From sequence record OQ174503.1: 64,000 nucleotides of DNA; one strand, 5' to 3'. The stretch is from Escherichia phage REP4. Below, in pieces: positions 19,842-27,505 of the stretch (positions within the stretch are counted from its first letter, which is position 1; each line of letters starts with the position of its first letter). The position numbers were made by a program, and so were the translations under genes. The notes under the pieces were generated by a model. The model did not search any database. It saw only the letters and a list, made by a program, of their open reading frames with translations, and was not told where the DNA came from.

Positions 19842-20121
19842 ATTGAATCACCTTCAGTTGACGTTTTAGCTCTTTTATCATCTCTTCGTTCATCGCAATA
19901 TAAAGATCGCGTAAAGCAGGCTTTAGCATTCCATTTATTGGGGAACTAAATGGACATACATAATCTTTTCCTACGAGCTTTTTAGTGAATTCCATATTAC
20001 AGAACTGAAATGCCGGTTCATTGGCATAAATTCCCCATTTGGTTGACATCATTTTATTGGCATATTCTAATGCCTGGATTTGATTCATAATTCCATCAAT
20101 TTGAAACTTTTTAATATTCAT
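19825..20121 (-). CDS. Hypothetical 98-aa protein (arn.x region)
   Basis: ORF track; ATG start; stop/start overlaps with neighbours. Confidence 0.6.
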   Translation of the reverse strand: MNIKKFQIDGIMNQIQALEYANKMMSTKWGIYANEPAFQFCNMEFTKKLVGKDYVCPFSSPINGMLKPALRDLYIAMNEEMIKELKRQLKVIQFGQGN

Positions 20122-20582
20122 TAGTAAAGGTCCTCAGAGTAAAGTTCTTTTTCACTACCACCACGTTCAATACGCACTTGTCCAGCATAAGTTGCAATAA
20201 TCATTGCTTCTTCACGTGTCCAATAATTACTATATTGGTCAATAAACCCTTGGTCATCATCACAAACTTGCTGAGTAACTAATTGGGGTTTAACTACATC
20301 TAAAACTGCTGCCATATCTTTAGAATAATGACGAGCACCCGGAATAATAAGAGTTCGTCCATCTTTTAATCTAAAACGGTTGGCTGCGCAAACAATCCGT
20401 CGTTGGTATTTTTGGTTTTCATCCCAGTATGCAGACTGCCAACAGATTTCCGGAACTTCTTTCAGAATATCTTCTTCTGTACATTTATAACCATGTGCTT
20501 TAAATTTTTGAACAAGACTTTCTGGAGTTTCACGAGATAAAGGAACATTCAGCATTTTTAAACGATTAATAAATGGATTCAT
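20121..20582 (-). CDS. Hypothetical 153-aa protein (arn.x region)
   Basis: ORF track; ATG start; ATGA overlap with upstream ORF. Confidence 0.6.
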   Translation of the reverse strand: MNPFINRLKMLNVPLSRETPESLVQKFKAHGYKCTEEDILKEVPEICWQSAYWDENQKYQRRIVCAANRFRLKDGRTLIIPGARHYSKDMAAVLDVVKPQLVTQQVCDDDQGFIDQYSNYWTREEAMIIATYAGQVRIERGGSEKELYSEDLY

Positions 20583-20908
20583 TTAAACCATCCTTTAATA
20601 CGTTGCCACAAAGTTTTCTGTTGAGCTTTGTTAACACCAATTGAGCGAATAACTGGTTGAGATTCCTGGAATTCTTTATAATCAGCAAGGTAAATTTCGT
20701 AAGCTGAATCTGTAAAGGAACTTATCGCTGCCATGAAATTATTGCGAATACCTACTGGAGCATCTTTACTTTCACGAATAATCATGTATTTGCCAGTCTT
20801 AATCTTTACAATAGTTCCAAGATAAGCCCCATGGTACCAGATGTCCCATCCCTCTTGAGTAGGTTCTGCGCAACGACGAAGTTCATTGATAATTTCTAAC
20901 TTGTTCAT
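20579..20908 (-). CDS. Hypothetical 109-aa protein
   Basis: ORF track; ATG start. Confidence 0.6.
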   Translation of the reverse strand: MNKLEIINELRRCAEPTQEGWDIWYHGAYLGTIVKIKTGKYMIIRESKDAPVGIRNNFMAAISSFTDSAYEIYLADYKEFQESQPVIRSIGVNKAQQKTLWQRIKGWFK

Positions 20909-20918
20909 TATTTATTCC

Positions 20919-21554
20919 TCACAGTTCAGATGCTACGGTGATTACTGCTTCAATGTTTTCTGCCGAGCGTTTAATGTCAAGATACACATTACCATTTTTA
21001 GCGATTTTACATGACATTCCGATATCAGTAAATTTCTGAATATGATGTTCCATCATTTTGTATCCAAAAATTCGCATATTTCCATTGTTGTTAATTTCAA
21101 AATTACGAATTCCGTGAGTGCGTTTTTCTAAAATAGCGAGATAGTTACTACGATAAGTTTCAACTTTTTTAAGAACAAATCCATTTTCATCTAAAAGTTT
21201 TAGCATGAGGTCTTTATCTTCTTCCATATCGGAAGTAATCTCACGAGCTTTACGAGTTGCTCGTTTTTTCAGTAGTTCAGGAGCATTTTCCTGCGCATAT
21301 AAAGTTGCTGCATTTGAAATAATATCCTGAGCTTCACCAGTAATGATTAATCCATCGCCAGATTTCTCCACCAGGCCTTTTTTAATCAATACACCAATAT
21401 TACTATTAACTACTGCATTACCTAAATCTGGATGCACCTCACGAACTTCTGCAGCTGTAATGAAATCTTTCTTAGCAATGGTAATTAAAATCGCAGCAGT
21501 TTTTTCATTCAGAACATCGTTAGAAGCTTTGATGATGTAAGTTACTTTAGACAT
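20919..21554 (-). CDS. motA: Middle-promoter transcription activator MotA, 211 aa
   Basis: ORF track; near-identical to T4 MotA (MSKVTYIIKASNDVLNEKTAAILITIAKKDFITAAEVREVHPDLGNAVVNSNIGVLIKKGL). Confidence 0.96.
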   Translation of the reverse strand: MSKVTYIIKASNDVLNEKTAAILITIAKKDFITAAEVREVHPDLGNAVVNSNIGVLIKKGLVEKSGDGLIITGEAQDIISNAATLYAQENAPELLKKRATRKAREITSDMEEDKDLMLKLLDENGFVLKKVETYRSNYLAILEKRTHGIRNFEINNNGNMRIFGYKMMEHHIQKFTDIGMSCKIAKNGNVYLDIKRSAENIEAVITVASEL

Positions 21555-21595
21555 TTTCTAATCTCCGTAATTCTGTATCAGTAGTTGATAGTTGT

Positions 21596-21625
21596 ATAGT
21601 ACCACAGTATGCTTTGGTTGTAAAC
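21596..21625 (-). promoter_or_regulatory. Early promoter for motA
   Basis: Minus-strand GTTTAC at 21620-21625, 18-nt spacer, TACTAT; A-rich upstream block TTTTTCACAAAACG. Confidence 0.7.
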
Positions 21626-21647
21626 CGTTTTGTGAAAAAATTTTGAA

Positions 21648-21675
21648 ATAAAAAAGGGAGAGCCTCGGCTCTCCC
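21648..21675 (-). terminator. Rho-independent terminator GGGAGAGCC-GAGG-CTCTCCC plus U-run
   Basis: Perfect GC hairpin followed by a T-run on the minus strand, just downstream of the 49-aa ORF. Confidence 0.75.
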
Positions 21676-21680
21676 TAAAA

Positions 21681-21830
21681 TTACTGCATGACTGTGATAA
21701 CTGTCATGATAACACGTTGAATGCCGAACGCAAGAAGACCTCCTGCTACGGCTGGAACAACACCTAAACCCGCCAGTAAAATGCTACCAGATACTAATGC
21801 TGCGCTTGTAATACCAATGAATGGACTCAT
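21681..21830 (-). CDS. Hypothetical 49-aa hydrophobic peptide translationally coupled to gene 52 (not in ORF track)
   Basis: Manual translation MSPFIGITSAALVSGSILLAGLGVVPAVAGGLLAFGIQRVIMTVITVMQ; ATG overlaps gene 52 stop (ATGA). Confidence 0.5.
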   Translation of the reverse strand: MSPFIGITSAALVSGSILLAGLGVVPAVAGGLLAFGIQRVIMTVITVMQ

Positions 21831-23155
21831 TTGATTTCCTCTAAATCTTTAGTGTATTCTGTAACTACATCAGTAGTTTTCCAATATTCGTTTTCTTCTT
21901 TCTTAGCTTTAGCTTCTTCAGCAAGTTTCTTTGCTTCGTCGGAAGTCATATGAAAAATATTCATTCCGACTAGTTTATCAACATAAGAAGAATACATCTC
22001 AATTTTAGAAAGTTCTTCGGTCAGTTCTTTGCGAGTTTTACCCTGTACAACGATTTCACCTGAAATTACTTTCTTAATGAAATGTGCCTTGGCAAAGGCT
22101 AAACGAAATGCTGATTCAGTTTCTTTGATTTTGTTATCAATTCGTTTTTGGACATAAGTTTTACGAACTTCAACGAAGTCTTTAATTAAATCAACTACGT
22201 TATCGTAAACTTGTAACTTTCCTTTCTCGTTGATGACTGTAATATTTTGGGAACGACGCTCAATCAACCCGAAGTCTTTCATGATTTTTGCATGGCGTTC
22301 TTCTTCGTTATCGCTCAAAGAATATTCTTTGCGAAATTTAACTTTAAAGCCAAAACCATGCTCACCACAAGCATCATCCCATGTAATGAAGCCCTTATCT
22401 TCAAGCGGGTCTAAGATTTTACTCACATAAGTTTCACGATCATACTTATACGGAATCTCAGTGATATTCATTTGAGTTCGTGAAGTAAACTTGTACGTTC
22501 CACGAATTTCATATTGACCGTCAATTTCAACGACTTCACCACGAAATTCTGGGAATTCTACCTTCGGTTTAGTTACTTTCTTTCCTTGAAGAACTTGTAA
22601 TACAGCTTTCTTAACAGAAGAAACGCTATGAGGAAGAATGTAAGTTGCATAACCAGTTGCAATACCGGAAACACCATTAAGAAGAACAGTAGGAATAATA
22701 GGCAAATAGAAAGCAGGAGGAATGTGTTCTTTATCTTGATGTACCGGAGCATATTCAGTATCTTTATACACGCTATAGAAATTTTTACTTACACGAGCAA
22801 AAATATAACGACTTGCCGCTGCTTTTTGAACAGTACGAGAACCAAAGTTTCCTTGACCATCTAACAAAGGAAAGTTATTATTCCATGTGTTAGCCATCAA
22901 AGCCCCCGCATCTTGTGCAGAGTTTTCGCCATGATGATACCCAAGGTCAGCTACACCACCTGCAATAGAAGCAAGTTTGTGAAACTTATCTTTATTTCCC
23001 CGTGCCAAATCAAGAGCTCGAGCGATAACAAATCGTTGAACTGGCTTAAATCCATCAATCATATTTGGAATAGCACGATTTTCAACCGTGTACATAGCAT
23101 AAGCCAATGCTTCATTATCAATGATACTTTTTAAATCGCGATTATTCAGTTGCAT
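21827..23155 (-). CDS. 52: DNA topoisomerase II medium subunit gp52 (GyrA-like cleavage core), 442 aa
   Basis: ORF track; size identical to T4 gp52; N-terminus MQLNNRDLKSIIDNEALAYAMYTVENRAIPNMIDGFKPVQR. Confidence 0.95.
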   Translation of the reverse strand: MQLNNRDLKSIIDNEALAYAMYTVENRAIPNMIDGFKPVQRFVIARALDLARGNKDKFHKLASIAGGVADLGYHHGENSAQDAGALMANTWNNNFPLLDGQGNFGSRTVQKAAASRYIFARVSKNFYSVYKDTEYAPVHQDKEHIPPAFYLPIIPTVLLNGVSGIATGYATYILPHSVSSVKKAVLQVLQGKKVTKPKVEFPEFRGEVVEIDGQYEIRGTYKFTSRTQMNITEIPYKYDRETYVSKILDPLEDKGFITWDDACGEHGFGFKVKFRKEYSLSDNEEERHAKIMKDFGLIERRSQNITVINEKGKLQVYDNVVDLIKDFVEVRKTYVQKRIDNKIKETESAFRLAFAKAHFIKKVISGEIVVQGKTRKELTEELSKIEMYSSYVDKLVGMNIFHMTSDEAKKLAEEAKAKKEENEYWKTTDVVTEYTKDLEEIK

Positions 23156-23158
23156 AAA

Positions 23159-23299
23159 TTTACCATACTAGTGAATGTAGTGCCATAATAACATCAGAAA
23201 TGAAAAGCACGACTTGAATTAATCCGAACATTACTCCATAATATAGTGCTACCAATAAAGCAGCAAGGGCTAACGAGTAGCCCAAGATTTTCTTAATCA
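23159..23299 (-). CDS. Hypothetical 46-aa membrane peptide (MIKKILGYSLALAALLVALYYGVMFG...)
   Basis: Manual translation; one predicted TM helix; ATG embedded in stop region of the next small ORF. Confidence 0.45.
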
Positions 23300-23444
23300 T
23301 TTTTATCCAATAATTTAAATAGTGATAAAACTGCTACCATGCCTTGGGCTAAAGATTGTGAAAACACCGAAGTTTCTCCGGTTACTAATGTTCCGACAAA
23401 TACAAATGACCAGCAGAAAAAAGCTATACTATAAACAAATTTCA
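23292..23444 (-). CDS. Hypothetical 50-aa membrane peptide (MKFVYSIAFFCWSFVFVGTLVTG...LLDKND)
   Basis: Manual translation; RBS GAGGAAATT; TM helix. Confidence 0.45.
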
Positions 23445-23473
23445 TAATTTCCTCATTATTAAATATAGGATTT

Positions 23474-23635
23474 CTTAATCATTTTTAATCATCTTAAGTA
23501 AACCGACAAAAGTAGAAAGAACCCAGCCAATAAACAGAAAACTTAAGAATATCGGACCAGGGGTCCATACGCCTAAAAAGAAGCAAACCGAACAGACTAT
23601 AGCCATAATAAGTTCAATAAAAATTAGGATAATCA
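23474..23635 (-). CDS. Hypothetical 53-aa membrane peptide (MIILIFIELIMAIVCSVCFFLGVWTPG...MIKND)
   Basis: Manual translation; RBS GAGGAAAAT; two hydrophobic segments. Confidence 0.45.
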
Positions 23636-23646
23636 TATTTTCCTCA

Positions 23647-23724
23647 TTAGCGTCCGAAGACGCCTTTAGTTTTAAGATTGTTACGATAGAACTGCATTAC
23701 ATGTTCGTTATGGAAATTACTCAT
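23647..23724 (-). CDS. stp: Stp peptide (suppressor of three-prime phosphatase; restriction alleviation and PrrC activator), 25 aa
   Basis: Manual translation [25 protein letters not shown] matches T4 Stp; ATG overlaps ndd stop (TAATG). Confidence 0.75.
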
Positions 23725-24179
23725 TAGTATGCCTGCAAAACAAATTTAAAGTTATCAGCCAACATACGGTTCATTTCTTCAAGTGTTTGATACTCAGAAT
23801 GATGATTACGAGTAAACGCTAAAGCTAACTGACCTTTTCCAAATCCCGTCGTCAGAGGTTTCATCTTAGAAGCAGGTAGATAAAATACTGTGTATGGAAC
23901 ATTGTTATTTGCAATAGTACGCGCAAGCTGAGACCGACGCTGACGAATATGACTTAGAACTGCACTGAACCCTTGCTTAGAACGCTGATTACCTACATAA
24001 AATCGTGCAGATACACACGGACTATCAAATGGACCACCAAATTTGCTCACTAAAAAGTAAAATCCAGGGTTAGACAAAATGTCTTTATGCGGAGTTCCAA
24101 AAACCCATTCACCGCCCTTGATTGTACCAATAACAGTTGCGCCTGCATTATTCAGATCAGTAACAGTCATATATTTCAT
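23724..24179 (-). CDS. ndd: Nucleoid disruption protein Ndd, 151 aa
   Basis: ORF track 23724..24227 shortened to ATG at [25 protein letters not shown], matching T4 Ndd. Confidence 0.92.
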
Positions 24180-24239
24180 TTTAATTTCCTCTAAATTATT
24201 TTCTACTCCAAGGCCGCATGAATACATACGGCCGATAAA

Positions 24240-24455
24240 TTAATCGTCGCAATCGACGCTTAATTCCCAGAACTCTTCTACGGTATAAGTTTCAGTATCA
24301 TTTTCAATACAGAAACGTTCATTACTGTTATTTGCTAAAGTAGCGTTAACTGTCATTTTCTCGCTAGTGCTCTTAAGAGGTGAAATACGAATTAACTGAT
24401 CACCATTATCTAAACAGAAAATTTCACCAACTTTTACATCTTTAAAAATTTTCAT
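24240..24455 (-). CDS. Hypothetical 71-aa protein (ndd.x region)
   Basis: ORF track; ATG with RBS GAGGTGA. Confidence 0.6.
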   Translation of the reverse strand: MKIFKDVKVGEIFCLDNGDQLIRISPLKSTSEKMTVNATLANNSNERFCIENDTETYTVEEFWELSVDCDD

Positions 24456-24463
24456 AATTCACC

Positions 24464-24571
24464 TCAGGGAGTATAAAATCCAAATGCAGTTGTTGACCAT
24501 CCCATCCAATATGGGATATTTGCGCCAATGTAAAATACAAGAATATAAAACCAAATGCTTAGTAAATTCAT
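24464..24571 (-). CDS. Hypothetical 35-aa hydrophobic peptide (not in ORF track)
   Basis: Manual translation MNLLSIWFYILVFYIGANIPYWMGWSTTAFGFYTP; start overlaps upstream stop. Confidence 0.35.
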   Translation of the reverse strand: MNLLSIWFYILVFYIGANIPYWMGWSTTAFGFYTP

Positions 24572-24768
24572 TATTTTACACCATTCCAAATTGTTTCAAC
24601 CACAGATTTCAAACCATTTTGGTGAATATCCATTCCGACAACTGCCATCAAATAAATTCCAACTACAACTGAACCCAAGGCGAAAATCAGCATGAAAATG
24701 AATAAAGCTGGAAAAATATTATCGAAAAACCATTCCATAAATGTAAAAGCACTGCGTTTACGCTTCAT
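24571..24768 (-). CDS. Hypothetical 65-aa membrane protein
   Basis: ORF track 24571..24789 shortened to first ATG (MKRKRSAFTFMEW) with RBS GAGGAAAAT; one TM helix. Confidence 0.55.
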   Translation of the reverse strand: MKRKRSAFTFMEWFFDNIFPALFIFMLIFALGSVVVGIYLMAVVGMDIHQNGLKSVVETIWNGVK

Positions 24769-24775
24769 ATTTTCC

Positions 24776-24889
24776 TCACATAAATCCAAAGTAAGCGTTT
24801 AATACATCAATCATTAAAACGATTGGGAATATACTCAAAACTACTAGTATTATAACTACATTCCATATAGCTTTAACAATCTTTTTCAT
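24776..24889 (-). CDS. Hypothetical 37-aa membrane peptide (MKKIVKAIWNVVIILVVLSIFPIV...)
   Basis: ORF track 24776..25024 shortened; upstream part is translation of the early promoter repeat. Confidence 0.45.
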   Translation of the reverse strand: MKKIVKAIWNVVIILVVLSIFPIVLMIDVLNAYFGFM

Positions 24890-24917
24890 TTTCTGTTCCT
24901 CCGTAGTTGATAGAGTA

Positions 24918-24947
24918 ATAATACCACAGAGGAACAGTCTTGTAAAC
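24918..24947 (-). promoter_or_regulatory. Early promoter (GTTTAC, 18 nt, TATTAT)
   Basis: Minus-strand GTTTAC at 24942-24947. Confidence 0.6.
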
Positions 24948-25132
24948 AACTTTTTTAAAAATATTCGTAATAAATGTGAATACCAACTACTACTGCTGAA
25001 ACTTGCGCAACCCACCATGCACAAGCAATAAGTACAGAATTCAAAATTTTCATAATAACCTCATCACAAAAGTAAATGTTAAACAAATTAATGGAATACT
25101 AATTAACCAAACAAAACACCACCATAATGAAC

Positions 25133-25396
25133 TCATAGTTCAATCTCAGCGATTTTCATTTCATTACTATTAATAGCCGCTTTAAGACTATCTGAAAGAA
25201 TTACATTCCAGTGGTCATTCATATGACCATTAACTAAGCGTGTAATTTCTTCGGGAGTTGAAAAATAAGGCGTATCAGACTCCCAATGCGATAGTCCCAA
25301 GCGAGTATAAATCATACCTTCATCATCGCTAGAATATTCAACTGACACAAACTCATCAGTTATTTTATGTTTAGCGTAATAAAATTTAAATTTCAT
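25133..25396 (-). CDS. Hypothetical 87-aa protein
   Basis: ORF track start is TTG; ATG three codons downstream (MKFKFYYAKHK). Confidence 0.55.
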   Translation of the reverse strand: MKFKFYYAKHKITDEFVSVEYSSDDEGMIYTRLGLSHWESDTPYFSTPEEITRLVNGHMNDHWNVILSDSLKAAINSNEMKIAEIEL

Positions 25397-25401
25397 TTTA
25401 C

Positions 25402-25608
25402 TCAATAATCCGCTAAAAGATCGACGATTGCATCACGAAGACACTTATTCGCAATACGTTTAAGAGCAATTTCAGTTTCTGGAGCATTTTGAATAATCAT
25501 CGAATTCAATTCAACCTCAGCAAACTGAAGTTCTTTAACTAATTCAGCTTTATATTTTCCTTGCCCTTTCTTAGCTTTTGCTCGTTTTAATTCAGCCGTA
25601 GTAAACAT
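25402..25608 (-). CDS. Hypothetical 68-aa protein (MFTTAELKRAKAKKGQGKYKAEL...)
   Basis: ORF track 25402..25707 shortened to ATG with RBS; N-terminal extension is promoter read-through. Confidence 0.55.
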   Translation of the reverse strand: MFTTAELKRAKAKKGQGKYKAELVKELQFAEVELNSMIIQNAPETEIALKRIANKCLRDAIVDLLADY

Positions 25609-25642
25609 TTTATTCTCCAAATCCGTATCAGTTGATAGTTGT

Positions 25643-25672
25643 ATAGTACCACAGTCCTTGTGGTATGTAAAC
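25643..25672 (-). promoter_or_regulatory. Early promoter (GTTTAC, 18 nt, TACTAT)
   Basis: Minus-strand GTTTAC at 25667-25672; conserved flank CCGTATCAGTTGATAGTTGTATAGTACC. Confidence 0.7.
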
Positions 25673-25688
25673 CGTTTTGTGAAAATTT

Positions 25689-26246
25689 TTAAATGGAAAG
25701 ATACCATCCGCTGTAGTTGCTTTTTCTTACAACCTTACGAAGGTCTTCTCTATCACCGATGAACTTCGGAGTGTACTGGATGACACCTGGGTGAATTTCT
25801 TTAGTGTTGAATATAATTATACAGTCAGCGACCTGATGATTCAGAATGGGCCCTAGATTTATTCCAGAACCGTATGGATACTCTCCGCTGCATCCTGTTG
25901 TTACAGAAATCCAACGTGAGTCAGTTTGATGTGTCTTAACTTCTACACGAAGCCCGCAGTATCTTGGATGCGCCAATACATCCCATGCGTATGTATACGG
26001 GTCATTAACATCCTCTTGGCCTTTGTTAACATACCCGCTTAACCAATCTGCTACAAAAAACTCTGCATACACAGCGATACGGCATCTTTCGATGACTTCT
26101 GCTTTATCCTGATTAGGATTTTGCTTTAAAGAGTATCTTGCTGTATCAGCAATTTTGACCTTCATTTCACTAGTCAAGTCATTGTTCGACATGGTAAATG
26201 CCGGAATCTGAAATAGTCTCTGTAAACCCGGATTCGTTTTCTGCAT
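25689..26246 (-). CDS. denB: Endonuclease IV DenB, 185 aa
   Basis: ORF track; size and position as T4 DenB, between ndd cluster and rIIB. Confidence 0.85.
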   Translation of the reverse strand: MQKTNPGLQRLFQIPAFTMSNNDLTSEMKVKIADTARYSLKQNPNQDKAEVIERCRIAVYAEFFVADWLSGYVNKGQEDVNDPYTYAWDVLAHPRYCGLRVEVKTHQTDSRWISVTTGCSGEYPYGSGINLGPILNHQVADCIIIFNTKEIHPGVIQYTPKFIGDREDLRKVVRKSNYSGWYLSI

Positions 26247-26306
26247 TAAACTTTCCTTTTACGTCGGAATCACTGATATTCATACAATAAATCATAACTT
26301 CCCTTA

Positions 26307-26329
26307 AAACAAAAGGGCCGAAGCCCCTT
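26307..26329 (-). terminator. Hairpin AAGGGGC-TTCG-GCCCTT plus U-run
   Basis: GC stem with tetraloop then TTTTGTTTT on the minus strand, immediately after the 64-aa ORF. Confidence 0.7.
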
Positions 26330-26332
26330 ATT

Positions 26333-26527
26333 TTATTTGAATTGTGCAATTCTTTTTTCTAAACAATCTGCGTAAGATTTCATTGAGATGAACTGTGAAA
26401 GCAGTAATTCTTGCTCAACTGCATTAACCGTTGAAAACTTTTCACTTTCTAAAAATTTGCTCAGCGCATTAATTTTGAGCATTAATTGATCGTATTCTTC
26501 TTTTACTCGTGCTTGATAACCTAACAT
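26333..26527 (-). CDS. Hypothetical 64-aa helical protein (denB.1 position)
   Basis: ORF track; ATG with RBS AAGGA; flanked by two GC hairpins. Confidence 0.6.
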   Translation of the reverse strand: MLGYQARVKEEYDQLMLKINALSKFLESEKFSTVNAVEQELLLSQFISMKSYADCLEKRIAQFK

Positions 26528-26540
26528 AATTTTCCTTAGT

Positions 26541-26558
26541 TAAGGGCCGAAGCCCTTA
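26541..26558 (-). other. RNA hairpin AAGGGC-TTCG-GCCCTT overlapping rIIB stop
   Basis: Perfect stem directly upstream of the SD of the next gene; no U-run, so likely a processing or stability element rather than a terminator. Confidence 0.45.
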
Positions 26559-27494
26559 TTTGAATTGTTCAGTAACGTCTTCAACTACTTCGTATTGGCA
26601 AGTACGCATTTTAGCATCGTTGTAATCAATCGGAATTGATACTACATCGCGAGGATGCACTTTAACTTTTACAACTCGACTGGTTGAACTACCAAAGTGA
26701 CGAATATAAGATTTAGAACACACATGCAGACCACGAGAACAAGTTTGTGTATCATCGTCATTCACACGAGTACGTGGCATTTTAACTACTTTACCAGGAC
26801 TGTTATCAAAAGTATTTGAATGGCAGTCAAAGTAATTACTGCGAACTACTTTCCAAGCATAGAAGTAACCGTCTTCTGTAATTTCAATATCGTTTGCTAC
26901 CAAGAAATCAAAGAGTCGAGATACCGCTTTTTGGCTTGGGTTTTCCAGCAGATTTTCCAAGAACGGAAAATAAAATTCAAAGTTTTCGCCTTTTTCCATC
27001 GAATCGAGAATACGATCAACTAAACCAGACCGCAATTCAATGTTTTGATAGAACAAGCTTCCACCTTCAATTCGAACATCACCGGAAATATATTTTTCAA
27101 CAGCGCGACGAACGTTAATTTTTTGTGCTGCTTCTTCCAATTTATCTGCAACAAGCAGGTTAAGAATTTCCTGGAAGTTTGAATGAGTATTAGGAGTTGC
27201 GTTATAAGTTACGCCGTCAACAGTAATTGAAATGAATTTTTTAGATGCATTCCAAATAATGTCAGATTTAGCAACTGGAGCAATAGCTACATCACTCTTA
27301 ACTTCAACTGTAATGTCACCGCTAATAGTAACTTTGGAGCGTTCAGCTTCTTCAGCATTTTTCAAAACACGACGGATGGTGTCAACCGATACATCTTTCC
27401 AATAAGCCAATTCCTGTTGGGTATAATTACCGCTTGAATACAGTTTAACAATTTCAGCTTGTTCGTTTTTGGTCAGGCATTTAATATTGTACAT
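26556..27494 (-). CDS. rIIB: rIIB protein (lysis inhibition / Rex exclusion), 312 aa
   Basis: ORF track; size identical to T4 rIIB; immediately downstream of rIIA. Confidence 0.93.
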   Translation of the reverse strand: MYNIKCLTKNEQAEIVKLYSSGNYTQQELAYWKDVSVDTIRRVLKNAEEAERSKVTISGDITVEVKSDVAIAPVAKSDIIWNASKKFISITVDGVTYNATPNTHSNFQEILNLLVADKLEEAAQKINVRRAVEKYISGDVRIEGGSLFYQNIELRSGLVDRILDSMEKGENFEFYFPFLENLLENPSQKAVSRLFDFLVANDIEITEDGYFYAWKVVRSNYFDCHSNTFDNSPGKVVKMPRTRVNDDDTQTCSRGLHVCSKSYIRHFGSSTSRVVKVKVHPRDVVSIPIDYNDAKMRTCQYEVVEDVTEQFK

Positions 27495-27505
27495 AATTTT
27501 CCTTA

